A DNA stretch of 49,248 nucleotides from Ancylonema sp. (taxonomy: Eukaryota). The notes under the pieces are model-generated. The model saw only the letters and a program-made list of their open reading frames with translations, had not been told where the DNA came from and did no database searches. The stretch is taken from NCBI GenBank assembly GCA_050230475.1, contig JBFLGF010000022.1:62001-111248 (forward strand), in the 5' to 3' direction. A program made the position numbers and the translations under genes. This document shows, piece by piece, positions 25,037 to 36,810 of this stretch (position 1 is the stretch's first letter; every line of letters starts with the position of its first letter).

Positions 25037-27744
25037 TAGGGTGGGTAGTTAACGTCCAACCGCCAACCGCCCAACCGCCGGTTGGCCAACCGCCATTTCA
25101 TTGGAACTCTGTCCACCCAACCTCCCAACCGCCCCAACCGTCGGTTGGCGGTTGGGTGGCGGTTGGACGGTTGGACGGCGGTTGGGGCGGCTGGATGGCG
25201 GTTGGGCGTAGATAGATATTCCTGAATAGGTGGAAAGATTGGGTGCGATTGGGGCGTGTATAGTCTATGTGTAAGAACTTGAGGTCCAATCAGGATCAAG
25301 GTTAAGAGCTCGATTTTCAATGGCCGATAAAAATCGGGAAACCCCAGGGCCTCCCTGGCATTGTTCGATGTACGGACAATGCAAACTACACGTGCGGGAC
25401 ACATTTCCCGCACGAACGTGTACAGCGTCCTCGCACACCTGTGCACCGACCTAACCACAATAATCGGACGAAATATAGGGGGGGACGGTCTATGGGAAGG
25501 ACAATGTCCGTCCGATCCGATCCGGTTTTTTTTCAAAAAAGTAGAAAGATTATGTAGCGGGATCCCCTTGGAGGGGTATTGTTCGCCCTCGGACACCAGC
25601 AGTCTCTTCGATCCACCGCAGCGGCGTGTCCGGACTGCGCCTTCCCTTCAATTGCAGATGACACCCCTATCGTGGGGTCCCCTCCCCGTGTGGTGGAGGC
25701 TTTTAAGTTTTTTGTGGAAGAGCTCGCAAAACCCGGCCTTTCCTTGCAGCCGTCCAAGTGTGTGGCGTGGTCACCGTCTGGTCGGGAGGTGTTTCCGATT
25801 CCCCCGGAGGGGTGCTCTTATGCTACAGATGGCATTCGTGTGTTGGGGGCGCCTTTTGGGACGAACCAGTTTGTGCGAGGCTTCCTGGCAGGTGCGTTGG
25901 AGGAAGATACGCGGGGTCTTCAACAATTATGCCTCGTTGAGGATCCGCAGGTGGCCCTCCGCCTACTTACGCAAGTGTTTACTGCTCGACCATCATATCT
26001 GCTGCGTACTTGCCACCCTACCTCTTCCTTCCTCTCCTCAACCAGCTCGGGGAGTACGATGCGACGCTGTGGAGGGGAGGCAGATCTATTGGGCGGGGTG
26101 GTTGGTTGCACTTCGGACCATATTGGTTTGTCGCGTGACCAAGCTTGTTTGCCGATCGCCCGGGCGGGTGTGGGTTTGGTTCGTACTCGGGTTCTTGCCC
26201 CAGTTGCTTTTATTGGCTCTTATGCTCTCGCCGCACCTGCACTCGCATCAGCTTTACAGCAGCACGGTTTATCATTCGGCCCGTTTTTCAGCACGGTGGA
26301 CGAGGGAGGTCTACGAACGCAGGTCGTGCTTCGAGAAGCGCGAGAGCTTCTTCACCCAACAGCTCGCGCGGCACTGCCTCCATATGCCACCTTGGCCGTG
26401 GCTTCTGTTCCTCACTTGCAGCCGACACTTCTTGATGCTACCCACGCTGCTGCGTTTGAGGTGCTTGTGGCGAGCACCGATCTCGCGACATCCAGGGCGA
26501 GGCTTCGGTCCGCCAGTGGACCCGGTGCGGGTCATTGGCTACAGGCGTCCCCCATCATTCCCTCCCTTCGTATCCCCCCTCCCCTATTCCTTACTGCCGT
26601 GCGCTTGCGCCTCGGGTTTCCCCACCCTTGTCTTGCTACCTATGATACGTGCGCGTGCGGCAACTCTATGGACGCCCTGGGTACGCATCTTATGCGCTGC
26701 AGTCGAGGGGGGGAGCGCACTTCATCTCATGACTCGGTGCGAGATTCCGTATATCACATCCTCCGCGAGTCGGGTCCGCATGTTCAACGAGAACGTACGG
26801 GGTTTCTTCCGTCCTCCGCTCCGGGCGGTCGTGGGGGGCGAGTGGATATTGTTATTTCGGATGTGGTGGAGGGGCATATTTTGGTGGATGTGGTCATTGC
26901 TCACCCCACGCGGCGTGACTTGGTGGATCTCGCGGCTTGTCGAGGGTTGGTGGCCGCATAAGATGCAGAACGGCGCAAAGAAACTCATTATCGTGATCGC
27001 GCGGCAGGGACCAAGTTTATCCCGTTTGCGTTAGAGGCGTACGGTGCGCTTTCCGATGCAAGCAATCGGTTATTGGTGGATTGTGCTCACCGTGCGGCGC
27101 AAACTGAATGGGCGATCGGGGCAAAATGTTAGTTTGTTGTTACTTGGTTTCGGCAGAGAGTTGTTGCTTTACAACGTTCTCTAGCACATGCAATCCATGC
27201 TAGAACGTTGCGATTGGAAGAGGGTATGGCTCTGTTTCTTCCCCCCCCCCCCCCTCCGCGGGTGTTATTGTCGTCAGCAGAGTTAAGGATTGTTGCTCGG
27301 TTGTTTTAGGGTTGGGGTTGTTTTCCTTCTTCTGTTCCGTTGTTAGGTTGGTACGATAACGTTGGTGTTGTACTCAGATGGGGTTCCCATCGTGCTTGAA
27401 TAAAATGCGTCTTTCTCTTATGTAGCGAGTCTTGCGGATCTTCAGACACCACGGATATCTGACGGCATCGGGGGGTGGGACGGTGTACTAAACGATTGTC
27501 AATCCGGTGATGCGGCGATGCACGTTCCTTTGATCCCCGATGGCCTTCCAACCGTCGGCGGTTGGGCGGATTGGCAGCCGTTGTTCTCTTGATTGGCGGT
27601 TGGATGGCGGTTGGACTGCAGTTGGGCGGTTGGACGGCGGTTGGACGGTTAGGTGCCGGTTGGGGCGGTTGGGTGGCGGTTGGAGGTGGGTGGCGGTTGG
27701 CCGACCGCCACCCGCTGGGATTCTGGCGCTTGGGTCCCACCCTA
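25037..27744. mobile_element. Non-autonomous hAT-like element (~840 bp) interrupted by a CRE-type retrotransposon
   Basis: Termini TAGGGTGGG / CCCACCCTA; flanks CTCCGTTG / CTCCTTCG (6/8, degenerate 8-bp TSD); dense subterminal CCAACCGCC/GGCGGTTGG motifs at both ends. Confidence 0.75.
25560..27417 (+). mobile_element. 5'-truncated CRE-clade (restriction-like endonuclease) non-LTR retrotransposon
   Basis: Begins at RT motif DPLGGVLFAL...IADD; GIRVLGAPFG, ARLRSASGPGAGHWL, CACG...HLMRC, HDSVRD, RVDI...VDV, FIPFALEAYG. AATAAA in the 3' UTR. 10-bp TSD TTATGTAGCG at 25550-25559 and 27418-27427. Confidence 0.9.
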
Positions 27745-27840
27745 CTCCTTCGTTCATTGTCTCGCGTTTCCCTTGTTCTATTCCCCATAGACCTGGACCG
27801 GATAATTATAGAACTCTTCCGTGAGATGCTAGGCATGAAG

Positions 27841-28178
27841 CATAGATGTACACGCCCGTCAAAATCTCCGCCTGGTGGCGCCCGCGGGCGGTACCGCCCG
27901 CGGGCGGAACGCGGGCGGGCATGTCCACGTGGCGTGCGGGTATATAGAGCCTTTTTTTAGGGTTCTGGTGTATTCAGTTTTTGATATTGATCGGAATAAA
28001 AAAATAAAAAGTTCTAATATCAACTACATAGTGTCATCTACATGAAACATTTTTTTTTTAAAGAATGTCATAAAATGTCTAGAAGCTATGTTTTTTTGAA
28101 CTTGCTTTCTTGAAATTCCGAAATTCAGCGCGCCCGGGACGGGCGGCCGGGCGGCGCCCGCGTGCGGGTATATCTATG
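27841..28178. mobile_element. hAT-type MITE (338 bp)
   Basis: TIR CATAGATGTACACGCCCG / CGTGCGGGTATATCTATG; perfect 8-bp TSD GCATGAAG; second family member at 48980-49230. Confidence 0.92.
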
Positions 28179-30199
28179 GCATGAAGTATCATGAAAATAT
28201 TCGTGCCCAAACCGAAAAACTTTTTAATCAGATGTGCAAGTATATTTGGTACCGTACCGGCCACCTTGATTCCCCCACAAAAAATGGAAATTGTTTTTTT
28301 TAACTCCTATCCCCTTCTTTCCGCCCTCTCGTGATTTCCTTTGCCAACACCAACCCCTTTCCCCCAAGCCCTTGTACTCGTAAGCTCGCGAGTTGGTTCC
28401 TTGATTAGCCCCACCATAATTGTGACTTTTCATATTTCACGTAGATTTAACAACCTGAACGCTATTTTTCGGAATCGATTTCTCCCTCACCCTAGCCCCA
28501 TATACGCAATTATAACGGAATGAATGGTGTAGATTCTCTTCCATTCGACTAAATGCAACTCAACTACTCATTCGTGAAGGTCGGTCAAGTGCCGACACTG
28601 TTGTTCATACACTTAGAGAGCAAACCGAAAAGCAAACTAAATATCCAATCCGTTGAACATCTCTAGATAAACAAGGACTCCAATTTTTTTTAATCAAGTC
28701 AAACACATAGTAATGAATTTGGCATCACGGCAAGGTTCTAGGACCCCCAAAAATTTATGTCTTCGTCCTTTTTTTTTCATTACAAATCAAAATTAGTGTT
28801 TCTTCAAAATCTATAAGAGAAAGTCTGTATTATTCTCTATCGCCACTCTAACCATGCACGACAAGCAACCTAGTCGCGTTATATTTATCTTAGGTGTTCC
28901 AAACTAAAATTATAGTCCTCTTTCTCCTCTTCCCTTTCATTTATCTTTCTAGTTCAACTTTTTTTTTCATTGGCTCCCAAACTACCCCATCACCCTCACC
29001 CCTCCCACCGTCCGATTCTTCCCCCCAGCTCCCACCCCGCCCGACTTCTTGCGCTTCCCCCTACCGTCATCTTCATGCAGCAGCTCTGACGGAGCTTCCA
29101 CCTCACGGCCTGAGGTGTGAATACTATCCATCTATGGTCTAACCAATTTCCACCCAACTTTCGGTACGGTGGTGGTGGTACTGCTTCCAGTAATCGTCAA
29201 AGAGAAAGTCCGCACGAGCCGTAGAAACAATCTGAAACGAGGTCAGTTGAGGGGGTGGGGGAGGGGGGGAGACGGTTGAGCAAATGTCCAAAGCACTTCT
29301 CGCTCTACAATATCGAGAGTCACGATAACGTGAGACACAATTGATAGAAGTAAAAAACGATTTCATGCCCTTTGGGTTTCAATGTGTGGCAACAACACAA
29401 CAAGAAAACACATCATGAAACAATATATGGAACAACAACAAGAACTCCCCCCCCCAAAAGTGGCATTGAATTATTGCAAATTATTAAACAAACTCATCCC
29501 TACGCCCCTTGCACCTGAAGATTCCTTGGAAAAATTGATGGGCACAAGTATAGAATACTATGGAACAAATCCAGAAATTACCTCCTCGCCGTTCCTTCTC
29601 CTCCTTTCGATTCGCGGTGCCTTCGGGAAACACGAGGGGCAAAAGCCACGTGCTCGTCCATCCATCTTCCATCCCGTGGCTTGAAGTGCGTGAGGTTTGC
29701 ACACAGAAGTGGGACACGAGTGGAACTGAACCAACGCGGGAATCCTCTTTCTCTCCGCCAAGCACGGGGTACAGAAATGCCAGTCTGCAAATCCACTCGT
29801 TTGCAAGATGCTTACTCGCATTCACACACTGTACAATATCTATTTGCGAATGGTGAACAGATCGCATAGAAAGGAGAACACTCCAATGAAAAATGTATCT
29901 CAAAACCGTTCATGAGGAACTACATTACGATTGTCTCCGAACATACACATCCTAGTCAACAGTCTCTGCGCTTCGAAGGTTCGCCCACCACCTAGATTGC
30001 TTCCATGCTTTCCTCCACTTTTTCTCTCTACAAGGAGCGGATGTATATGAGAGAAGGAAAGGGAAAGTGTACAAGAAGGAGACGTGGCTTACCACACTCC
30101 CATTTCCTCCCGCCCACGATTTCCAGGTTCCGTTTCGTTAAACAAACCTCGCACCAACTCGTTGGGCAACATCTGCAGTCATCTCGGAGTGGACCAAAA

Positions 30200-33085
30200 T
30201 GTTAGAATGAATAAAGTCGAAACATTGTGTTGTCGATAGTTTGTCGTTTTGTTTTCATCGATGCATGGATTTTTTTTTCTAGCATCGATAGCTTGCTAAG
30301 AAAATTGATGTTTACATTTTGGACGTTATAAGTAGCGTCGGTACCAAGTTTGGGGCTAGGATTCGTTAATGTCGATGCATGACGTTAGTTCGAATATAAC
30401 GGGTTTATCCTGAAAAGTCTGCCGACGTGTATAAGTCCGTGTACCACGTCAGATTGTAGATAGGGCTGGGCACAACTGTGCCGACAGTGCTTATGGAGTA
30501 TCTAAGCCATTTTGCGGCTGGAACTCAATAAGAAATTATGTCTCACCAAAATTGCGGCTTTGCAATCGTTCTTTGCTTTGCGTGTATTTGCATGGAGAAG
30601 ATTTCTATCGTTGAGTACTAGTTCTGAACTTAGTCGATCCACTTCCAGAAAATGAAACAACCATCTCATGGTATCAGAGCGAGTGAAGGCGGCATTAGAG
30701 CCGGCCTGGTTTTGACGGAGGCCAATTGGGCTCCATGGTACGGCAAGATGAAAGCCGGTCTCCTAGTCAATGGGGTCCTGGACATTGTCGACGGGACTTG
30801 TGTGCGTCCGGGCCCACTACCTACCGCCATTTCGGGCACAGGTGGTGTGGTCACGAATCAGGCTGCGATCGACACGATGAAAAGGCCGGAGCAGATTGGG
30901 ACAAGGAAGCTGCAAAGGCAGCTAGCTTAATTGTGCACAGTCTGAGCGACGACATCTATATGGTCATCGATTCAGTGAGCACGAATCCCAAGGAAATCTG
31001 GACTCGGCTAGTGGCTCATTTTGAGCGTATTACGGCCACCGAAGCGGATCGAGCTAAAAAGGTTGTGCTCTCGTTCGAGCACAAGCGAGGTGAATCTGCC
31101 GATGACACGATTACCCGATGGGACGTCATCGAGAAAAAGGCCAAGACGCAGGGGTGTGCTTTAAGTGCGGGCACTTTGAGACGTGCTCTTCTTGCCAGGT
31201 GTAACGATCAGTATAGAGGCATTAAAAGCGCAATTAACAATTACATCGGCCCTGCGACTTCGGTGCCCGACATCGATTGGATAAAAGAACGCATGCGCGA
31301 CGATGATTCTGAATTTCGCGCGCATAAAGGTTCCAGTTCTGACACGTCGGACGGACACGTCGGACGGGGACGCGCCACAGGCGCAAATGGATGCACTCTG
31401 GCACCAAACTTTCATAGGCAGGGGAAAAAGTGGTGGCGGGCGAATAAATTTTGATGCTGAGCGCAAAGGCAAGGGAAAACACGATGATGGAGGGAATATT
31501 CAGGATGCTGGTCGAGGGTGTTTCACAGGTGGAGCGATGGACCATTGGAAGCGAGATTGTCCGAAGGACAATCAGCCATGTGGCTACTGTGGCCGAGAGG
31601 GTCACCGCGAGGAGAAATGTTTCTTGAAGGAGCGCCATGAGGCTGAGCTTAACCAGCCGGAGAAGGATCAATATGAAGCCGGTCAATTCGAAAGCCACTG
31701 CATGTTCTTGGATACAGAGTTTTATGTCGTTGAATCATCGAAAACAAGAAATTCAGACATTCATGAAATTCATATGGCAACAATTTTTGAAAGCAAGCTC
31801 GAGAGGGAAACTCTCAACGGAAAGGTGACTCGTCACGAAGCTCTCTTCATCGCCAGTGTGCATGAGGATCAGGGTATTGATGAAGGGCTGGTTTTCCCTT
31901 CGTTGGTATCTAGCATGGCCATCAGCCCTGGGTACATGAACGGCCATGGAGACAACAATTCTGAACATTCGGAGGGTGGTATTTTCAGTGATTAGTCTGA
32001 TCTGAGTCCTACTCTTTCGGAGGGTGATAATATTTGTTTGGAAGGGGTAATGGGATGCATATTGGGCAATCCAAAGGCTTAACTTACTACTCTTTCTCCG
32101 AAGCTTCACCGGAGTGGGAGGGGGAGTTATGAGGATGGATCCCAAATTATGAAAGTGCACTTCGCTGATGCTTTGGGAATAAGAGCCGTGAAAGAGAGGG
32201 CGCCCTATGATATGCTCGGCAAGTTCGTGATGGCTGAAAGAAAGTCACCAAGCAACTCTTCAAATCTGAGTATGGGGGGTGCCACTTGGAGTGCGACTCG
32301 AAATCTGGGTGTCATGCCTATAGAGGGTGTGGAGCATGGTTCTACGGGAAGGAAGATGAGTCCGTCCGGCATAATGTCTCTGGATGGTGTTACTGGTTCT
32401 GGAAATGGAGAAGACGTGCTCAGTTTGGAAAAGGTCGAATGGGATTAGAGTAATTTCACCAAGCATGGGAGTGTCGGACTATTATTGATCTATTGGAATA
32501 GTGTGAAAATGGAAGTTATCAATAAACCTTTTTGGAAAGTCGGGATACAAAAGTTTTCAGATGCGACTTGCGAACTTGTGATTTTAGGATTGTCAATGTT
32601 TGGACATTAGGAGGGTGTGTCAGAATGAATAATGTCGAAACATTGTGTTGTCGATAGTGTGTTGTTTTGTTTTCATCGATACATGGATAATTTGTTCTAG
32701 CATCGATAACTTGCTAAGAAAATTGATGTGTACATTTTGGACGTTATAAGTAGCGTCGGTACCAAGTTTGGGGCTAGGATTCGTTAATGTCGATGAATGA
32801 CGTTAGTTCGAATATAACGGGTTTATCCTGAAAAGTCTGCCGACGTGTATAAGTCCGTGTACCACGTCAGATTGTAGATAGGGCTGGGCACAACTGTGCC
32901 GACAGTGCTTATGGAGTATCTAAGCCATTTTGCGGCTGGAACTCAATAAGAAATTATGTCTCACCAAAATTGCGGCTTTGCAATCGTTCTTTGCTTTGCG
33001 TGTATTTGCATGGAGAGTTTTCTATCGTTGAGTACTAGTTCTGAACTTAGTCGATCCACTTCCAGAAAATGTCTGGAAGTCAACA
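30200..33085 (+). mobile_element. Gag-only non-autonomous Copia-type LTR element (TR-GAG-like)
   Basis: LTRs 30200-30668 and 32618-33085, PBS TGGTATCAGAGC 30669-30680, PPT AGGAGGG 32609-32615, TSD CAAAA (30195-30199 / 33086-33090); only gag is recognisable inside. Confidence 0.92.
30652..31700 (+). pseudogene. Copia-type gag (frameshifted)
   Basis: LTEANWAPWYGKMKAGL, KAASLIVHSLSDD...PKEIWTRLVAHFE, knuckles CFTGGAMDHWKRDC and CGYCGREGHREEKC, spread over three frames. Confidence 0.88.
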
Positions 33086-34914
33086 CAAAAAACAACCATC
33101 TCATCTCTCTCAATTTCGTAGCGGATATCTCCTATCTTTTGGTGGACAAAATAGAGGCGGTAGTTTATGTGTGACGGCTGGGGGAGTAAGGGAAGCCTGC
33201 TTGTGGAAGCCAGTGGGGACCTGGAGCCTGGTGGTGGAAGCCTTGCAGGGTGCGGGGCCTTCTTTGGCTCACTCACGTCACGAATGACACAAATGAATGG
33301 CCTCTTCTAAACGCATACTGTACTTCCCTTCGAAACATGGCATGCCTCCGAATATGAAAGTCATCATTTCATAACTGATACCACAACGAATGACTGGACA
33401 GATTCAAATTGAACAGATCTGTCCAATCTGATCATTTAAGTTTTATGTTTCCTTTTATTATTCCTTGCTGTCTAAGAAAAAATGAAAGAAGCAAATGACA
33501 CAAATGACACTCACTGGCTCGCGCCGCCATCTGAATTTCTACGTGACGCTCACTCTTCAGAGGAGTGACGGCAAGCAAAATTTTAACTATAGCTAGGAAT
33601 GCCCTACGGCAATCGAACTTCACAGCAACATCGCTTGCAAGAGGAAGGAACATCACGCAGCACAGCAAGAATAAATCAGCTCATAAATGTTCTTGAAATC
33701 CTGTGGTTGAGCCACGAATGATAAAATAATTTGAAGGACGGGATTATTCAAGCCATGTGATCAATTATTCCAATGTGATCAATTATTTCCTCCATTCGGA
33801 TGGAAAAAAGGTAGCTCACTGATAGTCGCGGACTAAGAGAGTTCCACCGTCGTAGCATTGGAAGCAAAGATCTTCTTCGTTTAGATGCCGGTCGTTCATT
33901 ATACCATTGATTGAAATTGCGAGTTTATGGCAATCCGGCTAATAAAATCCCAAACAAGACTGCTTAGACGGCAATTGCGGTACATCAATTTTGAGACGCC
34001 ATTAAAAAAGAGCGATAAGGTCGTTGAAGAAATTTGAATGCCGCTGACCAGCGCGCACTCCGCCATGTCTCTTGGCACCTCCTCTTATCACGCTTTGCCT
34101 GCTGAAGTGCATTTGTGGACACTTGTCAATAAATTCAAGCCGGTGGTGTCGGCCCGGCAAATACTAGATTTTGACTAGCAACACTCCATGCAAATATCTC
34201 AAACCGGCAATTATATTTTGCCGGCGTCGGGGGGGCCGGCTGGTTAACTAGCCGGTTATTCGATAGATTCCCGCGAATACCGTAGTTTGTTGGGGCCCAC
34301 CCGCCAGACACCTCCGGGTGGGTTGAAATCCGACCCGCCACCCGCCTTCGACCCGCCAGCACCCTCCATCCGCCCTCCGCCCGCCTTCTTCCCGCCCCAC
34401 CCGCGATGCACCCGCCAACCCGCAAAAAATGGCGGGTGCGCGGGTTAAATGGCCATTTAAGTATCAAACTTATAAAATACAAATAGAAATGCATATATTG
34501 TATAACGGACATTATGATAAGAGACATCGATTTTTCCGGATTCCGGACAATTCGGACATTTCCCGTGATGCAAGGGTGTTATACATGAAACAATACACCC
34601 CACGGACACTACCTAGAAGTATCTTGTGAAAATTATCATGTGTACATCCAAGGGGAGATTTGTAGAAGGAAATGCAAGTTAATTGTTAGTGTTTTGGTGT
34701 GGATGGCGGTGGCTGTTTCCATTTTACATGGTTGGCCCCACCCGATGAAGTGCATGAAACGATGATTTTTGCTATACGGCATTGGTTGGGCGACGATATT
34801 CAAGTCATAGCTATGCATGTTAAGAATCCAACACGATACCTAGTGGAGATGAAACGCATGAAATTGGAAAGAAAATGTTGCACATTTTCAACAACTTTTG
34901 CATTAAGTAAACTA

Positions 34915-36017
34915 CACTCAAACCCCGATATAAGCAGTGATGCACCGGGACGGGGCCCGTATTCCGTACGGCACGTTTTCCGCACGGGGCCGATAGCAAT
35001 CTGCCGTCCCTGGCAAATGTAAACGTCGTACGGATTTGCTCGCAAACGTCCGGAATACGCCCATGAAATGCGGCGAACGTGTACGGACTAGACGGATGCA
35101 AACATTTGCGATTGCAAACGTTTGAAATACGTCGGTGAAATGCGGCAATCTTGTATAGATTGAACGAATTCAAACGTTTTCGATCGCAATCGTTTGCGTG
35201 TAGATTTGTTTTTTTCGACTTTTTGGAAGTAACAAAATATCGGTTACGTTTTAATGGTGAACGTCTTGAACCAATGATGACGAGTGTTACAAACTTTCGT
35301 ACTTTAGTCACCGGAAGTGTACTACGGGTAAACTAAAGAAATACGTTGCGGATGTTTGCAAAACGTTTGCAAATTCGAACGTTTGCAATAAGTTTGCAAA
35401 TTCCGTTTGCAACTTTCGCCGCACGCACGTATTCCGTACGTACGCATTTGCAGTACGGCGTTTTCGGAATTTTTGCCGTCCCGGCGCATCACTGGATATA
35501 AGCAACCTAAAATTGTCGGAAAAATGTTTCTTATAGCGTATATTTCTTCTACTATGTATACTAAACTTTGTATGAGAGACCTTGCAAATATGTTACATAC
35601 AACGAGGTTTGGACACGTGCATCCATGCTGTCGAATCTATAAGCGTGCGATAGTATTTTTTGTACATGTGGACGTGCAATACTTGAAGTGGAGGACCTAA
35701 AATGTTTTCGTGATAATACTTGCCCTCGCGTTCTGCGCGTTAATAATTAATTTCAAGCGGTTGCGAGACATCAGGTGCGAAAAATAATATAAGAAGTATT
35801 GATTCATGAAGATATCTATTGATGAATATTAATTTAGAGGGGTTTTACTTTATATAAAAAACGCGTAACATTAAAAATCGGAAAATTATGTTTCTTATAT
35901 CCGAGTTTCTTATCCTTATATTGGGGGAGTTCTACAAAGGAAAAACAATGTTGGTATAAAATTTTATCTTAGCGAAGAGTTTCTAGTATCGTTTTTTTTT
36001 ATATCGGGGTTTGAGTG
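34915..36017. mobile_element. Tc1/mariner(pogo)-type MITE
   Basis: Perfect TIR CACTCAAACCCCGATATAA / TTATATCGGGGTTTGAGTG with TA on both sides. Confidence 0.9.
34935..35494. mobile_element. hAT-type MITE (560 bp)
   Basis: TIR CAGTGATGCACCGGGACGG / CCGTCCCGGCGCATCACTG; perfect 8-bp TSD GATATAAG; GCAAACG subterminal motifs. Confidence 0.93.
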
Positions 36018-36182
36018 TAACCATTCACACACGTACTTCTAGCAGACTAAAATTGTCGATTATCCATACCACCCGCCACTGTTGGCGGATCGGCGGGTGC
36101 ATCGCGGGTGGGGCGGGTGGATGGCGGGTGGATGAGGATGGCGGGTGGACCCCAACACTACCCGGGAATTAGGCCCAACGGC

Positions 36183-36810
36183 TAGAGTGAGGGTAACCCT
36201 GAAATTATTATCAGGGCTAAGTCGTAACCCTGAAATAACCATTTCTAACCCTGATTAACCCTTTTAACCCTGAATAACCCTAATTAATCCCGGTTAATCC
36301 CAATCAACCCTAAATAACCCTTAACATCCTGGATAATCCTGATAACCTTGAGTAGGCCTGATGAACCCTAGGGTTATTGACCCTAAAATACATGTCAAAA
36401 TGAATATGACGTACCGGGACAAAAAAAATCGGACAGGTTATGAGTTAACAAGTCAGATTTCAAGAATTCACCCGAAATCGGGTGGAAGTTTTTTTATAAA
36501 ATTAAACAGGCTATTAATTGGCGCAATGTAATAATAGACGATATTTTTTGTACCCGGAAGTATCCGTCCCGACGGCGGCGGACGGCAGCGAAATTAGGCC
36601 TAAAATAAACCTTGATTAACCCTTTTAAACCCTAACCAACCCCGGTTAACCCTGGTTAACCCCGATAACCCTAGGGTTATCGGGTTACATCGGGGTTAAC
36701 CCGTAACCTTGGGGTTATATTCCTCATTTTGGGAGCAGGGTTCAATCAATATATTAACCTCGAGATTAACGGTTAAGGGTTATCAGGGCTAAGGGTTAAC
36801 CCCCACTCTA
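36183..36810. mobile_element. hAT-type MITE with TAACCC/GGGTTA subterminal repeats (628 bp)
   Basis: TIR TAGAGTGAGGGTAACC / GGTTAACCCCCACTCTA; perfect 8-bp TSD CCAACGGC. Confidence 0.92.

Larger units (their letters stand above)
34283..36160. mobile_element. hAT-like MITE hosting two nested MITEs
   Basis: Termini TAGTTTGTTGGGGCCCACCCGCCA / TGGCGGGTGGACCCCAACACTA with CACCCGCC subterminal repeats; TSD imperfect (CCCGCGAA 34270-34277 vs CCCGGGAA 36161-36168). Confidence 0.68.

Noticed and set aside
25361..27034. 557-aa ORF overlapping the CRE element
   Set aside because: Alternative-frame shadow of the RT/RLE frame. It has no recognisable motifs and it crosses the insertion junction.
28250..28520. 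TA-CCGTACCGGCCAC, similar to the mariner MITE TIR
   Set aside because: No matching right TIR found; at most a truncated relic.
29484..29903. Cys/His-rich minus-strand ORFs as a possible transposase zinc-finger remnant
   Set aside because: No consistent motif spacing in any single frame; cannot be supported without a search.
36183..36810. Interstitial telomere or chromosome-fusion scar
   Set aside because: Motifs are spaced rather than tandem and are bounded by TIRs and an 8-bp TSD, so this is a MITE.
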